Source of the DNA: Phaeosaccion multiseriatum
Lineage: Eukaryota; Protista; Ochrophyta, other classes
DNA: 64,000 nucleotides
Reading direction: 5' to 3'
Assembly (NCBI GenBank): GCA_965112735.1
Contig: OZ218955.1
Span: 2,666,001 to 2,730,000, forward strand
Positions 24,869-38,200 of the stretch are shown one piece after another. The notes beneath the pieces were generated by a model that had not been told where the DNA came from, did no database searches, and saw only the letters and a list, made by a program, of their open reading frames with translations. A program made the translations under genes and the position numbers. Numbering within the stretch: position 1 is the stretch's first letter; every line of letters starts with the position of its first letter.

Positions 24869-27800
24869 ATGTCCATGGAGCATCTATTCGAATCTCCGCC
24901 TGCGACGATTCATCTGTCCATCCAGCAGCTTGAGCAGCGCATTGAGGAGAATCTACAGCATGTGGACTTGGCCGACCTCCTGCCACCCGTTCGACCTCCT
25001 CTTCGAGGCGGCATTCGACCGTGCCCCCCCCCCCCACGTACACCCAAGCAGCACCCCCGGCCTCTGCGGCCCCTTTCCACGGTGAGCAGGCTCAGCGCCC
25101 ATGCACGGGGGCGACGCTGAGCTGGAGCACTTTCGAGCAAGCCGCTGCGCAGAGCTGTAGGCACGAGGGGGTGAGTGTGCCTTCTGCGGCAGTGTGAAGC
25201 CATGGTTGCATGTCTTTGGCTCAATTCCTTGGGTCATCGCTCTGCCTCTTGCTCCTAGGCTTAGCGGGGAGCGTAGAGCTCGAACGGGCCGATCACATGA
25301 GGTCGACGGGCACGGCGGACTGCCCATGACTGCTAAGATTGCTTACCTTCATGGTGGGGGCGGGCGTAGGTGCCGCTGTCCAGACGGGCTTGGTCGTAGG
25401 AGCGGGGGTAGGTGCGTCCGTAGGAGCCCTCGTGGGCTGTGAGTGAAGGAGCGAGCACGGGAATGCATGTGGGGTAGCAGGAGAGCGAGGCTTAGTAGAG
25501 AGTGTAGGAAAGAGACGCCTCGTACACACCAGCTCGACGGGCACAGCACCCGGCCCCTGACTGCTGAGATGGCTTACCTTCATCGTCGGGGCGGGGGTAG
25601 GTGCATCCGTAGGAGCCCTCGTGGGCTGTGGGTGGGGAAGCGAGCAAGGGAAAGAAGGACGGACACGAGAGGGAGCAAGGGGTAAGAGACGCGTGACAGC
25701 CCACGAGGGCTCCTACGGATGCACCTACCCCCGCCCCGACGATGAAGGTAAGCAATCTCAGCAGTCATGGGCAGTCCGCCGTGCCCGTCGACCTCATGTG
25801 ATCGGCCCGTTTGAGCTCTACCCTCCCCGCTAGTCCTCTTACCCCTTGCTCCATTTCATTTCGATCCTTCCTTCCCTTGCTCGCTTCCCCACCCACAGCC
25901 CACGAGGGCTCCTACGGACGCACCTACCCCCGCTCCTACGACCAAGCCAGTCTGGACAGCCGCACCTACGCCCGCCCCCACCATGAAGGTAAGCAATCTC
26001 AGCAATCATGGGCAGTCTGCTTTGCCCGTTGAGCTCATGTGATCGTCCCGTTTGAGCTCTACGCTCCCCGCTGAGGCTCACGCGTCTCGTCCCCCTTGCT
26101 CCACTTCATGTCCGTCCTTCCTTCCCGTGCTCGCTTCCCCACCCACAGCCCACGAGGGCTCCTACGGATGCACCTACCCCCGCCCCGACGATGAAGGTGA
26201 GCCATCTCAGCAGTCAGGGGCCGTGTGCTGTGCCCGTCGAGCTGGTGTGTACGAGCCGTCTCTTTCCTACACTCTCTACTAAGCCTCGCTCTCCTGCTAC
26301 CCCACATGCATTCCCGTGCTCGCTCCTTCACTCACAGCCCACGAGAGCTCCTACAGACGCTCCTACCCCCGCTCCTACGACCAAGCCCGTCTGGACAGCC
26401 GCACCTACGCCCGCCCCCACCATGAAGGTAAGCAATCTTAGCAGTCATGGGCAGTCCGCCGTGCCCGTCGACCTCATGTGATCGGCCCGTTTGAGCTCTA
26501 CGCTTAGGCTTAGCGGGGAGCGTAGAGCTCAAACGGGCCGATCACATGAGGTCGACGGGCACGGCGGACTGCCCATGACTGCTAAGATTGCGTACCTTCA
26601 TGGTGGGGGCGGGCGTAGGTGCTGCTGTCCAGACGGGCTTAGTCGTAGGAGCGGGGGTAGGGGCGTCTGTAGGAGCCCTCGTGGGCTGTGAGTGAAGGAG
26701 CGAGCACGGGAATGCATGTGGGGTAGCAGGAGAGCGAGGCTTAGTAGAGAGTGTAGGAAAGAGACGGCTCGTACACACCAGCTCGACGGGCACAGCACAC
26801 GGCCCCTGACTGCTGAGATGGCTCACCTTCATCGTCGGGGCGGGGGTAGGTGCATCCGTAGGAGCCCTCGTGGGCTGTGGGTGGGGAAGCGAGCAAGGGA
26901 AGGAAGGACCGAAATGAAGTGGAGCAAGGGGTAAGGGAAACGCGAGGCTTAGCGGGAAGCGTAGAGCTCAAACGGGCCGATCACACGAGGTCGACGGGCA
27001 CGGCGGACTGCCCATGACTGCTAAGATTGCGTACCTTCATGGTGGGGGCGGGCGTAGGTGCGGCTGTCCAGACGGGCTTGGTCGTAGGAGCGGGGGTAGG
27101 AGCGTCTGTAGGAGCTCTCGTGGGCTGTGAGTGAAGGAGCGAGCACGGGAATGCATGTGGGGTAGCAGGAGAGCGACGCTTAGTAGAGTGTGTAGGAAAG
27201 AGACGGCTCGTACACACCAGCTCGACGGGTACAGCACACGGCCCCTGACTGCTGAGATGGCTTACCTTCATCGTCGGGGCGGGGGTAGGTGCATCCGTAG
27301 GAGCCCTCGTTGGCTGTGGGTGGGGAAGCGAGCAAGGGAAGGAAGGACGGACACGAAAGGGAGCAAGGGGTAAGAGACGCGTGAGCCTCAGCGGGGAGCG
27401 TAGAGCTCAAACGGGACGATCACATGAGGTCGACGGGCAAAGCAGACTTCCCATGACTGCTGAGATTGCTCACCTTCATCGTCGGGGCGGGGGTAGGTGC
27501 ATCCGTAGGAGCCCTCGTCGGCTGTGGGTGGGGAAGGAAGGACGGACATGAAGTGGAGCAAGGGGTAAGAGACGCGTGCCACAGCTGCCGCCACCCCCCT
27601 TCTTTCTTCTTTACCACCTCTACCTTCCATTTTTCCCTTCTCCTCCATTCACTGCCATCCTCTCCTATGTCGTCCGACTCACTCGTCCGCGGTCCTCCTT
27701 CAGGCGGTGCCTTCGAGCCCGTGCCCTTGACATACACAGAGGAGCAGCCCCAACAGGAGCAGCCACCACAGCAGCAGGCTGGCAGGCCCATTGGGGGAGG

Positions 27801-30800
27801 CGCCACCGACACAGCTGCGGCGCAATAGGTATGACTCAAGCGGTGAATTGCCTAGCTAGCTGAACCCGTTGCAGATGAAGCAAGGGTAGTAGTACCTTCT
27901 TTTTCCCCTCCGTCGCTGACGACCCTCGTTCCCTCAGCTCCCTCAACTCACTCGTCTCTCTCGACTCACTCGACTCACTCGCCCCCTGGGTATCCTCGTG
28001 CCGATCCTCATGCAGGGGAGGGGAGAAGGCGCCATTCGGGGCGACGCTAGCACAGGCTTCATCGTCTAGCGTGCACACCGTATACATTTTGCTCGGTATA
28101 GAACTGGCCTTGACACTCGGATCACCCCCAGCTCCACGTACAGAAACGGAAAAGGGAGAGTTGAAGCAGAGGCGAGAAATCACAGATGGTAGCTACGGGG
28201 TTTTCTCTGCCCTGCTCGCTTCCCTCGTGACTGCGAGTCCTCCGAGTCATGTGTACCACACCCAACTCCGATTCGAAGATGACTGCACGCAAGGTATCAA
28301 TGACTATTAGATATTGCGCTTCGCCGATTGCGCCCCGTAATGGCTCGATGAGTGACACCTTTCTTCTCCTCGCCTGCTTGCTTCCCTCGTGGCTGTACAG
28401 CCTCCATTCGCTCTGTGGGTACTTTACCTGATTGGCGTCCCGAGGACAAATGCGTGCTTTCCGGTCATGGACATTACCGAGTACGAGGTCTCCGACTTCA
28501 AGCCGTACGCTATGCACGTACTGAAGGCGACGGCATTTGTAGGTCTTGCACTCGCGCTCGCTATTGGGGTGGTCATGTGCATTGGGCTATTCCTCTTCCA
28601 CCGCCGCGACCACCGAAGGAAGCGCCGCCAGGCGGAGTATGTGGAAGAGGAGGAGGAGGAGGAGGGGGGGGAGGGTGAAGAGGAGGAGGGAAAGGAAGAG
28701 AAGAAGGAAGAGAAGTACAAGGACGGAAATGCGCTAGCCGCAGCGGAGCAGATGAGAACATCGCGCTCACGAGCGCTCTCTAAGAGTGCTCTCCTGAGTC
28801 CGAACAAGGAGCAGGAGGTTGGGTCGGCGCGCCGGGTGGCGGTTCGAGAGAGACGCATCTTCCTGTGCACATCCGTGCTGCTCTTTGTGGGATATCTCGC
28901 TGCCGCTTCGGTGGCATACTATAACGTCCACGCTTCGCACGCAGCCATCGTAAGGAATGACGTGAGGCTGTACTCGTCGCTACTATTGGCTGGAGTTCGC
29001 TCAGAGGATGGTCGAGGGTGTGATGAGGGGCGCACACATCTCTCCCGCTCTCACAACCGTCACCCCCCTTGTGTGCCCTCTCTGCCCACTGTGCCGCCTC
29101 AACCGTGCCCAATGCGCTCCCCAGACCAAGGCTTACCGAGGTACGGACGAACTATTGCAGAACGTCAACTCTATGCTGTGCAGCAATGACCGCGGCAACA
29201 GCAGCAACAACAAGCAAGAGGGGCACCATGAGCGGACATGCGATGGAGCAAGTGTTGGGGAGTGGGTGTATTCTCTAAGCGACATTGCCGGCTCTGCAAT
29301 TGGCGAGATAGTGATCTTCTTGGATGACACGGACGCCAGCCTTGATTGGGCGGCAGGCAACCTGAGCCACACCGCTGACACCCTGAAGCAGGCCAAGACA
29401 ACGTCTCGCAGTCTGAGCAGCAGTGCGACCCGCATCTCCTCCATCGCCGAAGAGGCGTCTCTGCCCAACGTGACTGCCTCATCAGGAGCAGCAGCAGGAG
29501 GCGTGGGCATTGCCACCGGCCTCAACGTCACTGCCGAATCCTTTGCCGAGGCTGAACGCTCCATCACGAAGGTATCGCGCCGTGTGGGCGATGCGAGTCT
29601 AGGCGTCGAGCTCGGGCTGCTGGCAGTTAGGCTTGTGCTTGACATGGACGAGATTGAAGCCCAGCTGGAGCGCATCACGGCCTTTCTGGACGGCGTTGTG
29701 GAGGACGATCTGGGGCCCTTCACCGACAAAGTCACGCACTTCCGCGAGACGGAGCTGCGCGATGGATACGAGACTGGCCAAGACTACTGGTCCCTCGTGG
29801 CGGCCGTCACCGGGGTGGTAGTCTTTCTGCCGTCCCTCGTACTCTTTCTGAGTGGGGTGGTGTTTCTCTGCCGCGGAAGGGCCAGCAGCAGCGAGGAGCG
29901 GCGTCTCGGGAAGCCGCAGAGGGAACCACAGGCCGGCATCGACATCAGACAAGAGGAAGAACAACAGCAAGGTGGAGAAGAAGAAGAACAACAACAACAA
30001 CTACAAGAAGAACGAAAAGAAAAAGAAGGGCGACCGTCGCTGTCCCACAGGGGGTGCTGGCGCTGCCCCTGCCAGGCCGGCGGTATGGCCTACCTCTTCG
30101 CGTTCCAGGGGCTCAACGCGCTCCTGGGGGGCCTATTTCTGGGGGCCTACAAGGTCATTGGCGACGTATGTGCGGTCAACCAACAAGTCGTGCTGGCCAC
30201 CTTCCAAGGGCAGGTGCGTGGGTGAGTGTGAGCGACTGGGTTTTATTGGAGAACCTTTTTCTCGCGCTAGCATGATTTGAACTGATCAAGATGCCTTCGC
30301 CCCTCCTGCCGATCCATCAAACTCGCTCCACACCCCCTGCCATCCTTGCCCCCACCCCCAGACCTACACGCTGAACGGCGTCGTCTCCAACGACCTCGGA
30401 GAGTCAATCATCGCCATCTTGGAGTGCCCGGTCGGCACAAGCCCCAACTCCACCAACAACTTTGGTGCGTTACTCACGTGTACAGCTTGCTCCCTTGCCT
30501 CTCTCACTGACGCACTCACGCACTCACGCACTCACGCACGCCACCCTCCCTCATTCCTCTGGTGCATGCCCCTCCTGTACTCCTCCGCCTTCTCCTACTC
30601 ACCCCCTCGTGGGCCGACCACGCACTCACGCGGACCCCCCCACCCCTGCCACGCGACGATGCAAGCAGTGGGCATCCTGGGGCTGGAGCAGGCCCTCAAT
30701 CTGACGTCCTTTATCCTCCCCATCGACGACATCTTACGAGGTGTCGGTGGAGCCCTCGCTGACAACCTGGAAAATGTGACAGACGCGATGAACACACTCA

Positions 30801-31477
30801 CCGGACTCGACCACTTCCTGGCACTAGACACCGAGGGATTCAGCCTCAACACCTCGCTGTCGGCGGTTTCGGCCTACCAAAACCAGACTCGGCCCTCGGA
30901 ACCGGCTCTCAACGCGTCACAGGTCGAGGCGTTGGATGCCATCCGGGATGAGCTCGTGCTCTTCCATGGCAACTTGAGTCGGTTTGAGGAGGAGCAGGAA
31001 GAGGTGGCACAGCAGCGACACAACTCGCGTGCCTCATTGGCCTTCCTCGCGGCCTCGACGGAGAGCACTGTGACCGATCTGAGCGCTTCGCTGTGGAGGG
31101 TGAACGACCGTGCCCTCGACGCCCCGGCCTACACCATGTGCGGCTTTGTGGGGACCTTCTACGCAGACCTCACGCGCGACGTATGCTTCCAAATGCATGA
31201 CGAAGTGAGAGATGTGGGGGTGGCGGGGTGGACGCTGCTGGCGCTCATGCTGATGAACTTTATCTTGTTTGGGGTGTACACGGAGGAGGAGTGGCGCTTC
31301 AAGGGGGAGGAGAGCGACGCGGTGGAGGAGGAAGGCCGTCAAGGCTGGGCGGGAGGGGAGGAAGGCGAGCATCGAAGTGAGGCAGCAGGAGGGGTAGAGA
31401 TGACAACGATGGAGGAATGCAAAGAGAGCAAAGAGGGTGGCATGCGGGTTCCACAGCAGAGCGAAATGATGTGGTAA
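24869..31477 (+). CDS. Multi-pass membrane protein with two long N-glycosylated helical loops (prominin/tweety-like topology)
   Basis: Hydrophobic segments FVGLALALAIGVVMCIGLFLF, IFLCTSVLLFVGYLAAA, WSLVAAVTGVVVFLPSLVLFL, MAYLFAFQGLNALLGGLFLG..DVC, WTLLALMLMNFILF; many NxS/T sites; Cys motif CWRCPC. The 5' model (exon 24869-25081 spliced in phase 0 to 27740-27828, then 28016) is inferred. Confidence 0.5.
25257..27578. repeat. Array of ~439-bp exon-intron units containing 11 phase-0 exons (48 and 90 bp) encoding PTRAPTDAPTPAPT(TKPVWTAAPTPAPT)MK; central block inverted
   Basis: Minus-oriented exons: 25347-25436, 25578-25625, 26596-26685, 26827-26874, 27035-27124, 27266-27313, 27474-27521. Plus-oriented exons: 25700-25747, 25899-25988, 26149-26196, 26338-26427. 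Each is bounded by CAG| and |GT. Confidence 0.9.
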
Positions 31478-31636
31478 GAGTGCACAAGCGATCGGCCATT
31501 CCTTTTTTACGATGACTTTTAATTTTAATTTTATATTTCGTACTTCAAGTACTTCGTAGTAGTATATATATAAAGAAAAGAGAAAAGAAGTAATAATGAT
31601 CATGATGATAAATGATGAGAATGATGATTCTGTTGC

Positions 31637-32180
31637 TCATAGGTACGGTGTGTCACTATAGAAGTCGCGCTTGGCCTTCCTGCACTTGGTCTTGAAAAGG
31701 TCATACAGCGCGATGCTGCCACAGAAGTCTGCTGCCCCGTGGTACGTAGGCAGGGCAGAGAGAAGGGAGAGGAGCGGCGGCCCGGATTCGCGAGAGGAGA
31801 GGGCGGGGGGGAGGGGGAAGGAAAGGGAATGAGGGAGCCCTCCGGGAGGGAGGGAGGGACGGAAGAAAGGGGGCGTGTGTCTGACAGCCATACAAATGTC
31901 GAACAAGGCATTCCAACGGCCTGGTGCGCCAGAGCGACAGAACGACCACACTTCTGACGCGTGCGTGCGTGCGTTCGTGCCATATGGCTCGTGCCTTCCC
32001 TCCCCCGCACTCACATATCTCCGTCGAGGGGTCGCTCTCGATAAGCACGTCGTTGATCTCAAACCTGCCCACCTCCAGAGTGGTCTCATAGGCGGCTTTC
32101 TCCTGTGCGTGGTGCGTGTGTGCATGCGTGCGTGAGCAAGAGTGGCGCAAAAAATTTCGAAACCGACGATGTATGTACGC

Positions 32181-32228
<48 letters not shown>

Positions 32229-35200
32229 CGACAGACAGACAGAAGGAGGAAAGAGAGAGAGAGGGAGAGTGGGGTGGAGAGAGAGGCACTGTACACAAGG
32301 CGCGACGTAGAAGAAGGAGAAAAAGGCCAGGCGAGTATGCAAGCAGGCAAGCAAGCAAGTTGGTGATACAGCAGTACGCCACGTTCTACACGGCACTCAC
32401 TGACCGCAGCGTCGGACGTGTTGACCGTGGTGAGGCCTTCCTGCCTGCGGATGTGGAGGTGCTCTGGGGCGAAGATGAACACCTGACTGCTTCTTGCTCC
32501 CACCAGTCCCTTCTTGGACCTGGGGCGGGTCACGCCTGCCCAGCGGAGCCCCTCGGCCGCGACCCCGTGGGATGAGGCGTCGTTGTCGTCGTCCAGGTCC
32601 TCGTCAGCCGCCTCCACGTCCTGAGGAGTAGGGAGCGAGGAAGGGAGGCAGGAAGCAAGGAAGGAAGGAAAAAGGATAAAAGCATTGGGGAGGAGCGAGA
32701 GGCCAGACAGTGCGAAGAGGCCCACAGGGGGACAGACTGTAAGCCCCCCCCCCCCCCCCTCCGTGCTAGCTCACTCACTCACTCACTCACTCACTCACTC
32801 ACTCACTCACTCACTCACTCACTCACTTGCTCACTCACTCACTCACTCACTTACTCACTCACTCACACACTCTCTCCCTCTCTCACCATCTTCTGGTCCT
32901 GCACTGCGGCCGGAGGGAGGTTCCTGAGGCGTCTCTTTGACACCATGTACCCCATGACGTCTCCCTTGGCACCGTACATGACCCGGCTGGGGTCGATGGC
33001 TGTGGTGAGCGCTCGGTCGGTTTCCAGAACGGCCTTGCCTGTGGTGTTCAGACGTGAGGGTGTGTGTGTGTGTGTGTGTGTGTGGTACAAAGAGGGGGGG
33101 GAGAGAACGCGAGAAGGTAGGGAGGGAAGGAGGAAATGTAATCATAATGAAATTGAGACAACAAGACGCTCTCTCAGGAAGAGGGCGGGGGAGGGGGAGG
33201 GGGTGGACGTCCACCTTACAATTCCCCGGCCGCAATCAAAGGCAGCAAGTAGAGGGAGCAGCTCTTCCCTGCAGTACATCCACACAAAAAGACTCCGTAT
33301 AACCCACCTGCCTCTTCAAAGTCCTTGGAGGTGAGGTGAATGGCGCAGGTGAGAAGCGGCACCTGACTCGCCACCTTGAACAGAACGTCACTCACGAAGA
33401 GGAGCAGGGCTCTGCTTGAAGTGGTGAACACGACGTGCACGGGGAAGCGGAGGCGATCGTTCTTGTCGTTGCTTTCGTGCTGATCGCGCACCTGTGTACA
33501 CGTACGCACACATGGACAGATGCGTCATGCATGCACACACACGGCCGGGCATATACGGACATCGAGAGGAGATGGATGGATGGGTGAGTGAGAGGGGGAG
33601 AGTGGGGAGGCGACAAGGGAGAAAGCGAGAGAGAGAGGGAGAGAGAGAGAGACAGAGAGCAGAGAGAGAGAGAGCAGGGAAAAAGAGAGCGGGGAAAGAG
33701 AGAGGAGAAAGAGAAAGAGTCGACAGCCTATTGTGAGCTCTTACCCAATATACAAAGTCCAACAGAAGGGAGCAACCCGAGCCCGAGCCGATGACAATGT
33801 AGGGGCAGGGCTGATTGGGACGCATGAGGCGACGGTACACGCGGCGGTAGGGGCCCAGCACGCTCACCCAGCCTGCAGGCAGCCAGCCAGTACGGCAGTT
33901 GGTGATACAACAGGGGGGGGCGGGCGGAAGGCGACAGAGCTGAGAGACAAGGCCGACTTCCTCTCTCCACAGAGGAGCAGAGAATCGGCTTCTGTGCGGC
34001 GCGCTTCCCCGCCGTGCGTACAACAACGCCAAGAGACAAACGTGGATGACTGGGTGAGTGGGTGGGTGGGTGGGTGGGATGGACGCTCTAACGACGATCG
34101 TTCGACCTGCACCTCCATCTAACCTACCCGGAGTGTCGTCATCCAGCAGGGTCTCAGTGAAGGATCTGTTTCCCCAGCAGCCCATGTGCCTCGACTCGCC
34201 CTCCTTGAAGATCTGTGAGCATCGTAAGTCCAGTGAGTGAGTAGAGAGTCGAGTCGAGTCAATCGAGTCAGTCGAATGAGTCGAGCAACTCCAGGGAAAC
34301 GGTGGGGGGGGCGATCAGAGCCGTCAGTTTCCTACTAGAGCACCACACACAGTGATGATTCCGAGGGCGCGAGGAGTGAGCACACAGCAAGCAAGACGGT
34401 TTCACCTCCGTTCCTCTTTCGACGAGCGCGCGTGAGGTAACGCACACACACACACACACACCTACACACACCTGTACCACTGTGCCGAGCAGCTCTCGGT
34501 CGTTGGGGACTCCCGTGCCCCGTGTCCATGACTTTATCTTCTTGATCTGAGGGAGTGGAGAAAGGGAGGGGGTGGGTCATGCATTGGGAAGAGAGGCAGG
34601 GGGCGAGGAAGCGGTCAGAAAAGTAGGCTAGCAGGGAGGGAAGATATCGAAAACGCAGAGACACGCACGCACACACGCGCACACGCACAAACGCACAAAC
34701 GCACACCCACATGCCGTGCTCGCCCACCTTGTCGATCCCTCCGAGCTCTACGGTGCCCTTGTGCCCCCCTCGCATGCCCTCCGTGATCTTGACAGCGTGG
34801 GTAGACTCCACTCTGCGGCAGGGTCTCGCCTGGATTTCGTCTTCTTCCGGCCCCTCGTATTCCTGTCAAGTGGTAGGCATAAGGAGCACGCATATGGGCA
34901 GGCATATGGGCAGGCATATGGGCAGGCATATGGGCAGGCATATGGGCAGGCATATGGGCAGGCATATGGGTAGGCATATGGGCAGGCATATGGGCAGGCG
35001 CATGAGCAGGCGTATGGGCAGGCGTATGGGCACGATTAGGGGCAAGCAGAGCGACAGGGCGGTGGTTCGTCGAGCGAGAGAGAGAGCGCTGGAAAGGGAC
35101 AGAGGGAGAGAGGGAAGGAGAAGGACAGCGAGAGACAGAGAGCGAGAGAGAGAGAGAGAGACAATATAGACTGAGACGGTGGTGACTTGGGCAGAGCGGC

Positions 35201-38200
35201 TGTGAGCGGAAGCCACTTACCTCTCTGGCAGTGGGGGGAAAGACGGCTCTACTTTGAAAGCGGTTAATGTCATCTCCCTTGGTGGGGCGGTAGCGGAAGT
35301 GGGTGAAGGGGTGTTTGAACGGCTCTCTCTTCATGACGCTGTGGGCCAGATAGTATACATCGCCCACCTGTCCATCCCGCCCATCGATTGAGTGAGTGAG
35401 TCGGTGAGGTCCATCACAAACAAGGCCGTGGCGATAGAGAGTGAGTCAGTGAGTCAGTGAGTCAGTGAGTCAGTGAGTCAGTGAGTCTGTAAGTCAGTGC
35501 GTCAGTGAATAAGTGAGAGAGAGCCATGACAAAGAAGGGCAAAAGTATGATGCTTCTCCTCGAAGGCTGTGAGCTCGGACTGACTCGCCCTGACGGCACT
35601 GACTGCACTGATACGTACATTGGACGGCACGAAGTGCGACTCGGACTTCCTTAGGAGGGGGAAGAAGCTCACAGCGTAGTCTTCGTCAAGGTGCAGCGTG
35701 AAGTACTCGGTCTGGCGGTCGAAGATCTGGAGGGCATCAGCAGAGTACGACAGACCGAAGGAGGGATGGAGGGAGGAAGAGAAGGGATGACGAAGGAACG
35801 AGGGCGGGGAGAGGGGAGAGGAAGTCAATGAAGCATGAGCCCCCACCTGGTGTCCCCAAAGGCACGCTGTAGAGTCGTGCTCTACACCTCCTGCCCCAAG
35901 CCTATGCAAGGTTTTCATGGACTGCTGTATAACCCCATGTATCGGCTTCTCTCTCTCTCTCTTCTCATCACAGCAACCGCCACCGTCGCTACAGCACAAA
36001 CATCCACGCCAAGCAACAACGCAATCATTGCTCAGTGTCCGTCCGCCAATCGATCAGTCAACCCGCCAACCACCCAGCCAGTCACCCCGCTTGGCACCAT
36101 TCTATCAGCCTGCACCTTTGCACGATAGAACCACGAGTGGACGATGCGGTCGAAGGCGTACAGCACGAGGAAGGGCGTGTTGATGGCGAACACGCGGAGG
36201 TGCTCGGGCACGCGGTAGAAGAGCCAGATCACCCCCACAGCTCCTCCGATGTGCAGGCCCTTCCAAGAGAAGGGGGGAGGGGTGGGTGGGATTGAGTGGC
36301 AGGCAGATTTGGGAGAGGTGGAACTCGGTGCTTGCGTTGACGTGGGAGGAGCTCGGTGGAGGTGAGTGTGCGTGCGTGCGTGCATGCGTGGGTGCGTGCG
36401 TGCGTGCGTGCGTGCATGGGTGCGTGCGTGCGTGGGCCGTGCATGCGTTTGTTCGTGGCTTTAGTACGGTACCTGTGTGAAGTTGAAGTAGCGCTTGCGG
36501 TACTTGCGCCACACGATGGTGAGGGGCTGTATGATGAGCACGAAGAGAGTGCCGAAGGCAAGTTGGATGAAGTCGTCCGTGCGGATTGTCCACATGCCTG
36601 GAAGGGGGGAGGAGGGGAGGGAGGGAGGTAGGTAGGGAGGAAGGAAGGGAGGGTGGGAGGGAGGGAGGGAGGGAGGGAGGGAGGAAGGAAGGAAGGAAGG
36701 GAGGGAGGGAGGGAGGAAGAAAGGAAGGAAGGAAGGAAGGAAGGAAGGAAGGAAGGGAAGGAGGAAGGGAGGAAGGGAGGAAGGGTGGGAGAGGGAGAGG
36801 GAGAGGAAGAGGGAGAGAAAGTAAGAAGTAAGAAATGTTTCCCCTACCACGTGGGTCTTTCTCAGGCCAAGGCACCTTCCATCTCACTCACCCTCAACAG
36901 CAGCGAAGGAGATGTGGCGCTCGATGGGAGACAGAATAAACCAGACAGGCTGTGGGTGGTTGGGGTAGGCGGAGCGAGGCAACATCGAGAGCAGAGGCAA
37001 GGAAATCAGTTAGTGACGAGGCAGGTGTACGGTAGAGTAGGTGAGTGGGTGGGTGGGTGATCGGGAGCAGCAGCGGCATGGCATAACAGGGCAAGAGTGT
37101 GAGAAGCGAGGGGACAAGCTAGGGGCAAGATGCAGAGGCGGATGGACGGGGGGAGAGCTTTTCTCTGGCCCGTGTGGCTGTGCTGCTCCTCTTCTCTTCC
37201 CTGCCTGCTCTCCGGCCCGTGCCATTGTCCATTGATTGCCCTGGTGTGCTCCTTTCCTCTTCCTTCTGTGCTGCTCTTACATCTTCCTTGTCGAGGTTAA
37301 AGTCAAGCTCCGCGATGGGTACAAACACGCTGATGAGGTGCACGATGAGCACACCCATGAAGACAAAGCCGAGGTACTTGTGGCCAATGTAGATGGCGCT
37401 GGCCGCGTCACTGAAGTCGAAGAAACGGGACAGGAAGGGGCTACGGTCAACTACCTCCAACAGCCAGTTGTGAGTCACCCTGTCGTGTGTGTGGGGGGGA
37501 GAGTTGGGGGGAGGTGGGGGGTCGAGGCGAAAGAGGCTGAGTGAGCCTGCTGGGTGTGGGAGGGGGGCACATTTGGCGGGGCTGGGCATAGCGACGGACG
37601 GTAGGGGTGAGTGAATGCGGAGCATGGGAGAGAGAAGAGTGGAATACCACCCTTTTTACAGCACCTCTGGTCCTCGCCTCTCCTCTATTGGCCGGCGTAA
37701 GTCGCACGCACCTGCACATGGTGAAGAAGAAGAAGCAGAAGGCGACCACCAGGATACGCGCTGTGGCCGGAATGACGATGTTGAAGTAGAACACATAGGG
37801 CTGACATTCAATGGCGTCATCCCCTCCACCGATGCAGTTGTCCCTCAGCTCGTCAAAGTCTTCCTGCTCCAGCAGGCCCTACACAAAAGAGGCGCATGCC
37901 CAGAGAGAGATGCGAGAGTGTATGACTGATTGAGTGAGTGAGCTGCGGGCTGGAGGAGACTAGGTCGCTCTGCTGCTACCACCATGGGGCGGCGCTTCCC
38001 TCCCCCAGAGAGAGAGAGAGAGATGGCGAGAGAGAGCGAGAGAGCCAAAGAGAAGCCGAGAAAGAGGGACGTAAGGGGAAGGAAAACCAATGAGGGAGAG
38101 GTGGAGAAAAAGGGACAGATGCGGAGAGTATCAGCGGGAGCCGTGCTGGCCTCACTCTTCTCACCCCTGTGATGGAGTTTGATGTGAAGCGGTCAACAAC

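Noticed and set aside
25257-27578. Exon array as CRISPR-like or as a MITE/TIR transposon
   Set aside because: The intervening sequences are themselves repeated introns, and there are no terminal inverted repeats or TSD at the outer borders.
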